From positions 177,692,001 through 177,756,000 of the forward strand of contig OZ024742.1 in assembly GCA_964016885.1 (NCBI GenBank): 64,000 bases of DNA, read 5' to 3'. The notes beneath the pieces are model-generated. The model ran no database searches. It was not told the DNA's origin and saw nothing but the letters and a program-made list of their open reading frames with translations. Both the position numbers and the translations under genes were made by a program. The DNA is from Eledone cirrhosa. Taxonomy: Eukaryota. Below, piece by piece: positions 37,801 to 48,882 of the stretch (position 1 is its first letter; each line of letters opens with the position of its first letter).

Positions 37801-39158
37801 CAAGGACAAGTTGAGCTTCCAGTAACCGGGGCCCTGTCTATGAGTTCTGTCAAGGTTGACCATGCAGGTCACTAATTTGTGGTCTGAATAGCCAACCATG
37901 CGCATTTTTGGACAACTTAAAAAGTCCTTATCCTTAATTCTAACTAAGAACCTATCTAGGTACGACCTAGATGATCCGCTACGATTTGCCCAAGTCCAGG
38001 TTGGCGCAGTCGGAAAATCTAGTCGATATCTATCGGCCAGGTCAAATCGACCGATTAACCCTTTGAGGCTATTACACGCCTCTCTATCGGGGCAGGCCCC
38101 TACGTAGTCCCAGCGTGCATCTAGGATACCATTCCAGTCCCCCACTAATAGCAAGGAGCGGGACGTCCCTAGAAAAGTCTCCAGACGATGGAAGAAGTCC
38201 GGTCGCATTGACCCGAAAGGGCCGTAGGCGGCTACCAACCTAAACGCTCCGCCTTTACCACTGCCAAGGTCCAGAACCACTAGTCGACCCTCCGGGTTCA
38301 AATGTACCATCTGTGTTGCGAGACCCAGATGTTTTTGCAGCAGAACGACAACTCCACCTCCACCTCCGGGCTGACAGAGAGATGCGTGCATCTCAAAGTC
38401 ATCAAAGGTGGGGGCCAGCTGTCGCACGTTGCTGATCCGGGCCTCGCAAATAACCATCACATCTATACGTTGTGACCTGAGGTCATTTAGAAGCATTGCT
38501 TGCTTCCAAGTTGAGCCCAGGCCACGCGCATTTAAACAGCCTACTCTTAGCATAGCCATGTTGGTGGTGAAGAGAAAAGGCACTTACCTCTCTGCGTCCC
38601 GGGTATCGGGCTGCACAATTTCCATTAGGGTGGGGGATGGGTTGTTGGGTGGGGTGGTGGTTTGTGGAAGTGTGGGGGCATCAGTGTGTTGTGTGGTTGG
38701 GGAGCTTGGAGTTGTGTGGGTGTTTGGGGAGGGGGTGGGATAGTTTTTTAGGAGGACGCGGTTAATGGGCCCGACGCAGGGGGGACCCACGTCCTCTTTA
38801 AAATTGTTTTTTAAAGTTTTATAGGTGTCCTGTGGGGCCTTAATCATTTTGAGGTGGGGGAAATCCCCTGCCTGGGTGAAGTTAGGCCCTTGTGTTTTTA
38901 TTAGATTGTTGTTGTACACAATGTTTAACAGTTTTTTGTTTCTTGTATTTATGTATGTGTATGCATGTTTTTGTTTTTGTGTGGTGTTTTTTGTTTGCTG
39001 TTGTTGTGAGCTCTTTTGTGTTGGTGTCAGTGTTATGTTTTGGGGAGGGTTTTTTTTCATTTGTGTATCTGAGGTGTGTTTTCTTTTTTTTCTTTTGATT
39101 GTGTGGAAGTGCTCCTCCTCGTCTGACGACGAACTAGGGTCATCTTCCGCGTTGGAGG
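34857..39158 (-). mobile_element. Tx1-like LINE copy B, 5'-truncated in ORF1, intact ORF2
   Basis: ORF1 C-terminus at 38584-39060, uninterrupted ORF2, (GATA)n on both sides. Confidence 0.95.
35122..38559 (-). CDS. Tx1 ORF2: APE endonuclease, reverse transcriptase and CCHC zinc finger (1145 aa from ATG 38559)
   Basis: CLNARGL, GDWN, YLDRF and SDH (APE); SPGLDG, FRPITLLN, KAFDRV, RQGCPLS and YADD (RT); CPRCVCDEETVAHALVHC. Confidence 0.93.
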   Translation of the reverse strand: MAMLRVGCLNARGLGSTWKQAMLLNDLRSQRIDVMVICEARISNVRQLAPTFDDFEMHASLCQPGGGGGVVVLLQKHLGLATQMVHLNPEGRLVVLDLGSGKGGAFRLVAAYGPFGSMRPDFFHRLETFLGTSRSLLLVGDWNGILDARWDYVGACPDREACNSLKGLIGRFDLADRYRLDFPTAPTWTWANRSGSSRSYLDRFLVRIKDKDFLSCPKMRMVGYSDHKLVTCMVNLDRTHRQGPGYWKLNLSLPASRAYRNRISTLVKERLTGAIVNSRWWVSLKREIRVVSIEFSKVLAADRNRKERELIDRVEEVIRSGDVARVLASRTALSQFFDAKHEGCVVRSKIRALGNEGTKAVSWARVTEANSGTKSTIRSLRDLDGPAILEPKQMCEAFQRHFARLFGRGGEPVGNVDFGPYLDGLPRLSDREAKSCEEPISAAEIEDVLSRCGKRKSPGLDGLPYELYLAMPDLFPDLLEAVYCNWQQNGRIPCTVTKGVVTLVRKDENKGDEISNFRPITLLNTELQILAKVLAKRLALVVGNLVGDAQTCAIPSRSIHDNLHLMRYIIERVGNEPGFGGALINLDQSKAFDRVDHGYLDAVLAAAGFGPVFRGWITAMHNSRICSRVKVNGYLSEPFKIARSIRQGCPLSSLLYVLTLEPLLRKLELLQGIPLEPGLRKAVSAYADDVTVMVSTASEIEAVGTLLEEYEKFTGAKLNRDKSIGLQLGTWRGRPMPSDGVVGRWTEGPVKLLGVWFGPDLQVEKHWAEVTNRVFALTQKWASCKLSLKGRAEVANTYIASVIYYRLTVVPCPRETLTKMERALFQFLWKRRAPMVRRSICCQHPSKGGLGMPWLMMRKHALRLRHLYVFLTGQPVWASFVRRTFPRLVSLTELQSWVKQRPRKLGAWHTECAQALTALWQADPVISGDSTATFYRGLVRSRCDDALGEALDMEEDELASLFGRTFSPGPMDNFQKSLAWQCYRGALPVRERLYRHGRPGRDPAKKICPRCVCDEETVAHALVHCSGVADLWGYVEQLLSRVGPIRLTTESIVMIKPPPPFKDEAEAVFLCLIAMAKEVVWWTRLKGLRSGTFLSGQQLVRFFRYHFGRRIRMEREVLHPSRFYERWVKVARMACVNGPSLYIRL

Positions 39159-39214
<56 letters not shown>
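39159..39214. repeat. (GATA)n between Tx1 copies B and C
   Basis: Pure tetranucleotide run. Confidence 0.95.
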
Positions 39215-39215
<1 letters not shown>

Positions 39216-39445
39216 ATTTCTATTTATTTGCCACGAGGGCACAAAAGAAGGGGACAAATACACAGTGGGGGAGTTTACATAAATCGAGTAAAGAAAAAGG
39301 AATAACAATAATAATATAATAATAAAAAGTCCTCAAAAGGGAGGGGGCGCGTTCGGGATTGCACATACCCCCGAAAAGTGTGCAACCCTTTTCGCGGGGG
39401 AAGCCCAGAGAGGAGACGCTCCCCCTTTCCTCTTCACTTCTTCAC

Positions 39446-42400
39446 CTACAGAACAATGTAGAGAGAAGGCCCATTTACACGAGCCATTCTCGCTTCTTTC
39501 ACCCACCTTTCATAAAACTGTCTGGGGCCAAGCACTTCTCTCTCCATCCTGATCCTTCTTCCGAAGTGGTATCAGAAGAAGTAAACCAGGTGATGGCCGG
39601 AGAGAAAGTCACCCGACCTCAGACCTTTCAGGCGCGTCCACCACACAACCTCTTTCATCATGGCTATTACGCACAGAAAGACCGCTTCTGCTTCGTTTCT
39701 GAAGGGAGGAGGCGGCTTGATGTTCACCACAGACTCGGCGGTTAATCGAATCGGCGCCACACGCGACAGCAGTCGTTCGACGTAGCCCCACAGATCGGCA
39801 ACGCCCGGGCAGTGTACCAGTGCATGCGCAACGGTTTCCTCGTCGCGCACGCATCTGGGACAGATCATTTTCGCGGGATCCCTGCCCGGGCGCCCGTGTC
39901 TGTAGAGCTTTTCTCGAACGGGCAGAGCCCCCCGGTAACACTGCCAGGCTAGGGACCTCTGGAAGTTGTCCATGGGTCCCGGGCCGAAAGTTCTACCGAA
40001 CAGGCTGGCCAGTTCGTCCTCCTCCATGTCTAGCGACTCTCCAAGGGTGTCGTCGCCCCTGCTAGCCACCAACCCTCTATAGAATGTCGAGGTGGATTCT
40101 CCACTGACAGTCGGGTCCGCTTGCCAGATAGCCGTGAGCGCCTGGGCACACTCGTTGTGCCAGTTGCCCAGTTTTCTCGGTCTTTGCTTCACCCAGGATT
40201 GCAGTTCGGTGAGCGAGACGAGCTGTGGGAAGGCTCGCCTCACAAACGGGGCCCACACCGGCTGACCGTTGAGGAATACCTGTAGCTGCCGTAGCCTCAA
40301 TGCGTGCCTACGCATCAACAGCCACGGCATACCCAGCCACCCTTTCGAAGGGTGCTGGCAGCAGATGGATCTCCTCACCATGGGAGGCCGCTTCTTCCAG
40401 AGGAACTGGAAGAGCATGCGTTCCATGATTGTGAGCTTTTCCTTGGGGCAAGGCACGACGGTCAGGCGGTAGTAGATGACGGACGCTATGTAAGCGTTCG
40501 TCACCTCCGCCCGACGTTTCAGTGATAGTTTGCACTTGGCCCACTTCTGGGTCAGCGCAAACACCCTGCTCGTCACCTCGCCCCAATTCCTCTCCACCTG
40601 GAGGTCCGGTCCGAACCAGACCCCGAGCAGCTTCACCGGGCCCTCCGTCCACCGCCCGACGACACCGTCTAACGGCATCGGTTTGCCCCTCCACGTTCCG
40701 AGTTGCAAACCGACTGACTTGTCCTGGTTCAGCTTAGCCCCCGTCAGCCTTTCGTATTCCTCCAGTAGGGTGGCGATCGCCCCGATTTCCGAGGCGTCCG
40801 CCACCATTACTGTTACGTCGTCGGCATAGGCCGAGACCGCTTTGTGCAATCCCGGTTCCAGGGGTATGCCCCGCAGCAACTCCAACTTCCGCAGCAGTGG
40901 CTCGAGAGTCAATACGTACAGAAGGGAGGAGAGGGGGCACCCCTGTCTGATGGATCGGGTGATTTGAAACGGCTCCGAGAGGTAGCCGTTTACTTTAATC
41001 CGAGAGTAGATGTTGCCACTGTGCATGGCAGAAATCCAGCCCCTGAAAACGGGTCCGAAGCCCGTCGCCGCTAGCACCGCATCCAGGTAACCATGGTCGA
41101 CCCTATCGAACGCCTTAGATTGATCCAAGTTGATCAGGGCCCCACCAAAGCCGGGTTCGTAGCCAACCCTCTCTATGATGTATCGCATGAGGTGGAGGTT
41201 GTCGTGAATGGACCTGGACGGGATAGCGCATGTCTGCGCGTCTCCCACCAAACCACCCACCACAAGCGCCAACCTCTTCGCCAACACCTTGGCCAAAATC
41301 TGTAACTCTGCATTCAGCAGAGTTATGGGCCTAAAGTTACTTAAGTCGTCCCCCTTGCTCTCGTCCTTCCTCACTAGCGTGACCACGCCCTTGGTCACAG
41401 AACAGGGAATTCTCCCGTTCTGTTGCCAGTTGCAATAGACAGCCTCGAGGAGTTCGGAGAACAAGACCGGCATAGCTAAATAAAGTTCGTATGGTAGACC
41501 ATCGAGACCCGGGGATTTGCGTCTGCTGCATTGGCTGAGCGCTTCCCCGATTTCAGTGGCTGTGATTGGCCTTTCGCAGCAGTCCGCTTCGCCGCTCGAA
41601 AGACGCGGTAGACCGTCGAGGTATGGACCGAAGTCCACATCCCCGTCCGGCCCCCCGCCACCTCCGAACAGTCGAGCAAAGTGCCTTTGAAAGGCCTCGC
41701 ACATTCGCTCAGGTTCAAGGATCACCCGTCCATCCTGGTCTCGCAAAGACCGAATGGTGGATTTAATCCCACTCTTGGCTTCTGTCACGCGGGCCCAGCT
41801 AACAGCTTTGGTCCCCTCGTTTCCTAAAGCACGTATTTTACTTCGGACAACGCAGCCTTCGTGCTTCGCGTCAAGGAACTGGCTCAACGCCGTTCTCGTC
41901 GCTAACACTCTGGCTACGTCTCCGCTCCTAATCGCCTCTTCTAGTTTATCTGTTAACTCCCTTTCCTTCCTATTTCTATTCGCCGCTAGTTCCTTACTGT
42001 AACCTATCGAACTTACTCTAATCTCTCTCTTTAGAGATACCCACCACCTACTGTTGACGATCGCTCCCGTCAACCGCATCTTAACTAAGCTACTAATCCG
42101 GTTTCTGTAATCTTTCTTTGTCGGTAAGGACAAGTTCATCTTCCAGTAACCGGGACCCTGTCTATGCGTTCTATCAAGGTTGACCACGCAGGTCACTAAT
42201 TTGTGATCTGAATAGCCAACCATGATCAGTTCTGGACAACTAAATACGTCCCTATCCTTACTCCTAACCAAAAACCTATCTAGGTACGATCTAGATTGTC
42301 CACTGCGGTTTGCCCAGGTCCAGGTTGGCGCAGTTGGACAATCTAGTCGAAATCTATCGACCAGGTCGAATCGATCGAGTAACCCCTTGAGGCTGCTACA

Positions 42401-42888
42401 CCCCCCTCTATCGGGACATGCCCCTGCATAGTTCCAACGCGCATCTAGGATTCCATTCCAGTCCCCCACTAAAAGCAGGGAACGCGACGTTCCTAGAAAA
42501 GTCTCCAGACGCTGGAAGAAGTCGGCTCTTTCCGCCCCGAAGGGAGCATAAAGACCGACCAGTCTGAAAGCCCCGCCTTCACCGCCTCCGACGTCCAGCA
42601 CCAGTAATCGACCCCCCGGGTCCGAGTGAACAATCTGTACGTCGAGAGTCAGACGTTTATCCAGCAGTACGGCAACTCCCCCCCCCCCCCCGCCTCCGGG
42701 TTAACAGAGAGATGCGTGCATCTCAAAGTCATCGAAGGCGGGCGCCAGCTGTCTCACGCTGCTGATCCGACTCTCGCAAATAACCATCACATCTATACTT
42801 TGTGACCTGAGGTCACTTAGAAGCTTTGCTTGCTTCCAAGCTGAGCCCAGGCCACGCGCGTTCAAACAGCCAACTCTCAATTGATCTA
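39446..42888 (-). pseudogene. Tx1 ORF2 of copy C (APE-RT-CCHC)
   Basis: A 1009-aa open stretch aligns with copy B ORF2. The start codon position reads ATA, and there is a premature stop 42 codons before the terminal TAG. Confidence 0.85.
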
Positions 42889-44719
42889 TTTTGGTGTTGA
42901 AAGTGAAGAAAGAAAAGCACTTACCTCTCCGGGTTGCGTAATTTCCATGGCATCAGGTGTGTTGGGTGGAGGGATGTTTTGTGGTGGTGTGGGGGTACAC
43001 GTGTGTGGTGGGGTTGGGGTATTTGGAGTTGTGTCAGGGAGAGGGGCGGTTATGGGGAAATCTTTCAAGAGGACGCGATTCAACGGTTTTAAACAGGGGG
43101 GGGGCTCACGTCCCGTCTAAATTGTTCTTTTAAGGAACGATAAAGGTCCAGAGGGACCTTTATCATTTTTAAATGGGTGAAGTTCTCTGTTGAGATAAAG
43201 TTTGGCCCTTCGGTCTGCACCATAGGGTTATTGTTTATTAATTTAACCAGTTTTTTGTTTTCTTTATTTATATATGTGTATTGCAACGTCTTTTTTGTGA
43301 TGCTGTCAATGTTTCGGAGAGGGGAGGCGCAGATTTATTTTTGTTTGTTGAGGGTGGGGTGTTTTTGATTGGAGTTGGTGTTTGTGTGTGGGTTATTTGT
43401 GGTGTGCTGGGTGTGTGTTTTCTTTTTTTTCTTTTAACTTGTCTGAAGGCTTCTCCTCCTTCTTCTTCAGAAGTTGGGGGAAACTCTTCAGCGCTAGGTG
43501 GGAGGGACGTGTTGTGTGGTTGTTTTTTTTTTGCGGGAGGGGTAGATTTGTTACTGTTTTTTTTATTATTTGTTTGGAATGGGTTTTGTGGTGGTGGTGG
43601 TAATGTTTGTGTCGTGCTTGTGGTTGGTGATGGTGGTGGTGATGTTTGTGTTGTGGTTGGTGGTGGTGATTTTTGTGCCGTGCTTGTGTTTGGAGCTGGT
43701 GGTGGTGATGTTTGTGTTGTGTTTGTGGTTGGTGGTGTCTGTATTTTGTTTGCTGTGTGTGGTATTAGTGTATTTTTGGAGGTGGGTGGTGTTGGTGTAC
43801 TGTTTGTGGTGGGTGTGGGCAATAGTTCTTTTTGGGGGATACGTTTCGGGCAGTTAGCCTTAACGTGTCCCCTTTCCATGCATAAATAGCATGCTGGTCT
43901 TCTCCCCTCTACAATTATGTCTATTGGGGTAAGGTCATCCAGCCAGATGCGATCCGGGATTTGTGCTATTCTTTCGGGCCTCATTTGGACTAGTATGTCG
44001 AGGCCCATTCCCAGGAACGCATCTCCAGTTGCCTTCCCCATTGACAGCATTGTGTCTTCGCCCATATCAATGAAGCCAGCAATAGCCCACCAGAAGTCCA
44101 TTGTGGGCAGCATTGTTTTTACTTTTACTCTCTGTGTTCTTCTACACATGTAGGAGGGATAGAAGCTATATGTTGTCGATGAGAGTGGGCTTAGGGAAAG
44201 CTTCTCCGCCGTTTCCCTGTCTCTTGTTAGGACCGAAATGCTGCCATAGAGTCGGTCCTTTCGTATGAAGAGAATATTCTTCATATAGTCTTTTAGGACT
44301 AACTCTATTTCCATTTGGCTGGGCTGTGCTGGCTTTCTTGTCTGGTTCAGTATAGTTCTGTAGAGAACTGTGTTTTCTGCTCTGGCTTTCTTGAATTCTG
44401 GGGGGGAGTTAATGGAAAACATTCCGTTCTCCCCCAAAACAATGTGTTTCTTTGCTTCGGCCAGTTTTTCTCTGGCGGCAGTTAGGTCAATTGGTGTGTA
44501 TGTAATGGATTGTTTTGTTTTCTGGGCGAAAGTTGCCCTGTTGTTATTTGTATTATTTTCTGTTTGTTTGTTTTCTGTTTGCTCATTTTCCTTAACATTT
44601 GTTTTTTCATTTTCTTTGTTTGTTTCATTGTCTAATTTTGTTGTAATTATTTTTTGTTCTTCAGACTTGGGGGGCGTGGCAGAGCTAATGGCAGACAGGT
44701 CTGCCATCTTTTCCGCCAT
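42886..44719 (-). pseudogene. Tx1 ORF1 of copy C
   Basis: Zinc knuckle and P/T-rich tract; the C-terminus is split into ORFs 43089-43286 and 42886-43083. Confidence 0.8.
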
Positions 44720-44921
44720 GCTGCCAAGAAAGAAATTTTTCGGCAAAAATAGATATTTATTTTACCCCCTAAAAAGGGGGTAAATGCAAAAATGTTTCCC
44801 TAAAAAACAGGGGTTAGTGTTCCAAATGTGTTGCACTGAAAAATTTATCCGGTACTTACAATAGTAAGGGTAAATCCCGATGGAATAGCGGAGCCGATGT
44901 GAAGCGTGTCTTACTCTATCA

Positions 44922-44950
44922 AGATAGATAGATAGATAGATAGATAGATA
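44922..44950. repeat. (GATA)n between Tx1 copies C and D
   Basis: Pure tetranucleotide run. Confidence 0.95.
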
Positions 44951-47850
44951 TGTTTCTTTTATTTGCCACCAGGGCATCAACAGTGGGACAAGTACAATCG
45001 GGGGAGTTTACAAAACAAGGCATCCTCAATAAGGAGGAGGCAATAACAAAATATAAAAAAAAATAAAATATAACAGAATAAAATTATTAACAAAATCCTC
45101 AATAGAGAGGAGGCGCCTTGGGGGGGCGCACACACCCCCGAAAAAAGTGTGCAACCCTTTTCCTCAGGAGAACAGAGAAGGTGTGCTCCCTTGGTCTTTC
45201 ATCTTCCTCACCTATAGTCTGATGTAGAGTGAAGGCCCATTCGCACCGGCCATTCTCGCCACTTTCACCCATCTTTCATAAAAATGGCTGGGGTGCAGCA
45301 CCTTTCTCTCCCTCCTGATCCTTCTTCCGAAATGATATCGGAAGAAACAGACCAGTTGTTGGCCAGAGAGAAAGGTGTCTGCCCTCAGTCCTTTCAGACG
45401 CGTCCACCATACAACCTCTTTCGCCATGGCTATTACGCACAGAAACACCGCCTCTCCTTCGTTTTTGAAAAGGGGAGGCGGCTTGATCGTTACAATAGAC
45501 TCGGTGGTTAACCGGATCGGTTCCACCCTTGACAGCAGTTGTTCGACATAGCCCCACAGATCAGCAATTCCCGAGCAGTGTACCAATGCGTGTGGAACGG
45601 TTTCCTCGTCGCACACGCATCTGGGACAGATCTTTTTCGAGGGGTCGCTACCTGGGCGCCCGTGTCTGTAGAGCCTTTCTCGAACGGGCAGAGCCCTTCT
45701 GTAGCACTGCCAGGCCAGGGATCTCTGGAAGTTATCCATGGGTTCCGGGCTGAATGTCCTACCGAACAGGTTGGCCAGTTCGCCTTCCTCCATGCCTAGG
45801 GCTTCTCCGAGGGCGTCGTCGCACCTGCTAACCACCAGCCCTCTATAGAATGACGAGGTGGATTCTCCACTGACAGTCGGGTCCGCCTGCCAGAGAGCCG
45901 TGAGCGCCTTGGCACACTCGGTGTGCCAGGTGCCCAGTTTTCTCGGTCTTTGCTTGACCCAGGATTGCAGCTCGGTGAGTGAGACGAGTCTGGGAAAGGC
46001 TCGCCTCACAAACGGGGCCCACACCGGTTGACCGGAGAGGAATACCTGGAGGTGCCGTAGCCTTAATTCGTGTTTACGTATCATTAGCCACGGCATCCCC
46101 AGCCCTCCTTTCGAAGGGTGTTGACAGCAGAGGGAGCTCTTCACCATAGGAGCCCGCTGCTTCCAAAGGAATTGGAAGAGTGCGCGCTCCATTTTGGCGA
46201 GCGTTTCCCTTGGGCAAGGCACAACGATCAGGCGGTAGTATATGACGGACCCTATATAAGTGTTCGCCACCTCCGCCCGACCTTTCAGGGACAGTTTGCA
46301 CTCGGCCCACTTCTGGGTCAGTGCAAACGCCCTGTTCGTTACCTCACCCCAGTTCTTCTCCCGGTTCAGCTTAGCCCCTGTAAACCTTTCGTACTCCTCC
46401 AGTAAGGTGCCGATCGCCCTGATTTCCAACTTCCACAGCAGTGGCTCTAGAGTCATTACATACAGAAGGGAGGAGAGAGGGCACCCTTGTCGGATGGACC
46501 GCGAGATTTCGAATGGCTCCGAGAGGTAGCCGTTCACCTTGACCCTAGAGCAGATGCGGCTGCTGTGCATGGCCTTGATCCAGCCCCTGAAAACGGGTCC
46601 GAAGCCTGCCGCCGCTAGCACCGCATCCAGGTAACCATGGTCGACCCTATCGAATGCCTTAGATTGATCCAAGTTGATCAGGGCCCCACCAAAGCCGGGT
46701 TCGTTCCCAACCCTCTCTATGATGTATCGCATGAGGTGGAGATTGTCGTGGATGGACCTGGACGGGATAGCACATGTCTGCGCATCTCCCACCAGGTCGC
46801 CCACGACAAGCGCCAACCTCTTTGCTAGCACCTTGGCCAAAATCTGTAACTCTGTATTTAGCAGAGTTATGGGTCTGAAATTATTTATATCGTCCCCCTT
46901 GTTCTCGTCCCTCCTCACTAGCGTGACTACACCCTTGGTCACAGCACAGGGAATTCTCCCGTTCTGTTGCCAGTTGCAGTAGACGGCCTCGAGGAGATCG
47001 GGGAACAAGTCCGGCGTAGCTAGATATAGTTCGTATGGAAGACCATCGAGACCCGGAGATTTGCGTTTGCCGCATTGGCTCAGCACGTCCTCTATCTCAG
47101 CGGCTGAAATCGGCTCCTCGCAGGACTTGGCCTCCCTGTCCGAGAGACGCGGCAGGCAGTCGAGGTATGGACCGAAGTCCACATCCCCAACCGGCTCCCC
47201 GCCCCTTCCGAACAATCCGGCAAAGTGCTTTTGAAAAGCCTCGCACATCTGCCTAGGTTCAAGGATCACCCGTCCATCCTGGTCTCGCAAAGACCGGATA
47301 GTGGATCTGCTCCCTCTTTTGGCTTCTGTCACGCGGGCCCAGCTAACAGCTTTGGTCCCCTCGTTTCCCAGAGCACGTATTTTGCTTCGGACGATGCAGC
47401 CTTCGTGTTTCGCGTCGAAGAACTGGCCCAGGGCCGTTCTCGACGCTAGCAGTCTGGCCACGTCGCCGCTTCTAATTGCCTCTTCTACACTATCTACCAA
47501 CTCCCTTTCCTTCCTATTTCTATTTGAGGCTAACTCCTTACTAAATTCTATAGAGACTACTCTAATCTCTCTTTTGAGAGATCCCCACCACCTGCTGTTG
47601 ACGATGGCGCCCGTCAACCGCTCCTTAACTAAAGTGCTAATCCGGTCCCTGTAAGCCTTACTTGCCGGTAAGGACAGGTTGAGCTTCCAGTAACAGGGTC
47701 CCTGTCTATGAGTTCTGTCAAGGTTGACCATGCAGGTCACTAACTTGTGACCTGAATAGCCAACCATGCGCATTTTTGGACAACTTAAATAGTCCTTATC
47801 CTTAATTCTAACTAAGAACCTATCTAGGTACGACCTAGATGATCCGCTAC
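44951..47850 (-). mobile_element. Tx1-like LINE copy D (same family as B), 5'-truncated in APE, two in-frame deletions including YADD
   Basis: 853-aa ORF highly similar to B with junctions KLE|IRAIG and KLNRE|KNWGE; 3' UTR nearly identical to that of B. Confidence 0.93.
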
Positions 47851-47894
<44 letters not shown>

Positions 47895-48025
47895 CATTTC
47901 TATATTAGCCACAACGGCACAAAAGAAGGGGACAAATACAAATGCGGAGTTTACATACAGGTATATGAAAATAAAACTATAAATAAAATAACAGATAACA
48001 ATTGAAATCTCCAATAGGGGGGAGG
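47851..48025 (-). mobile_element. (GATA)n (47851-47893) plus 3'-end remnant of a fifth Tx1 copy (E)
   Basis: TTTCTATATTAGCCACAACGGCACAAAAGAAGGGGACAAATAC matches the 3' end of copy C. Confidence 0.8.
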
Positions 48026-48327
48026 TGTTACACAGGTCAGGATTGGAGAGGTTAAGGGACATTGTCCGGAAAAGGAGACGGCGGTTTGCGGGCCACATCA
48101 TTGGTTTGCCGCAGATCGACCTGCTCATATTGCCATGGATTGGGTACCAGAAGGTGGCAGGAGAGAACGGGGAAGACCACGAAAAACATGGCGGAGCACA
48201 TTCAGGGAGGACCTGCAGGAGATGGGAATTACCTGGAGAGGTGCTAGAAGGGCCGCCAGTGACAGGATCAACTGGAGGAGGCTCGTCGCCCAATGATCCA
48301 CAAGGGACTGGAGGAACTAAGACTAAG

Positions 48328-48328
<1 letters not shown>
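48026..48328 (+). mobile_element. 3' fragment of an RTE-type LINE
   Basis: LRDIVRKRRRRFAGHII, then after a frameshift DRPAHIAMDWVPEGGRRERGRPRKTW..EDL, with a short TAAGAC-type tail. Confidence 0.7.
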
Positions 48329-48385
<57 letters not shown>

Positions 48386-48882
48386 ATGTATGTGTGTGTG
48401 TGTGTGTGTGTGTATACGTCAAATTATAATATAGAGTTAGAAATTCACAATAAATCCCTATAATCATGGGAGCTCAAGGAAGAGAGACCGAGCTCATTAT
48501 AAATCGTAGGAAAGAGAGAAGGCACATAATAAATTACGTCAGATCATAGGGGATATCTATGTATATAAACACATGCATGTTGATGTGATTCCCAAAAGAA
48601 TGAAAACATTGTAAACATAAATGTTAAAATTAGGAAATTTAATTATAATAAAAAATGCCCTTGAGGCTCAAATATAAATATTGTAAATAACAATTGAAAT
48701 GAAAAAAAATATATATATTAAATTAATTTAACAATAACCTCGTTTCAGAATATTATATTCAACAACACATAATATTGATAAAATGTTACCAGTAGCGAGT
48801 ATAATGTTTTATTTCAAATCGTCCAGTTAATTTTTTTTTTTTCAGTTTTGGTTTTACTTTTCATTTAATTTTTTTTATTTTT

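Larger units (their letters stand above)
39215..44921 (-). mobile_element. Tx1-like LINE copy C, full length (~5.7 kb), lightly disrupted
   Basis: ORF1 from ATG 44719 (CYLCMERGHVKANC) with frameshifts to ~42886. ORF2 runs ~42888-39446, with a frameshift at the C-run near 42680 and an in-frame TGA at 39572. Confidence 0.93.

Noticed and set aside
32187-47654. Many plus-strand and off-frame ORFs recurring across the Tx1 copies
   Set aside because: Shadow ORFs of the GC-rich ORF2; they recur because the copies are homologous.
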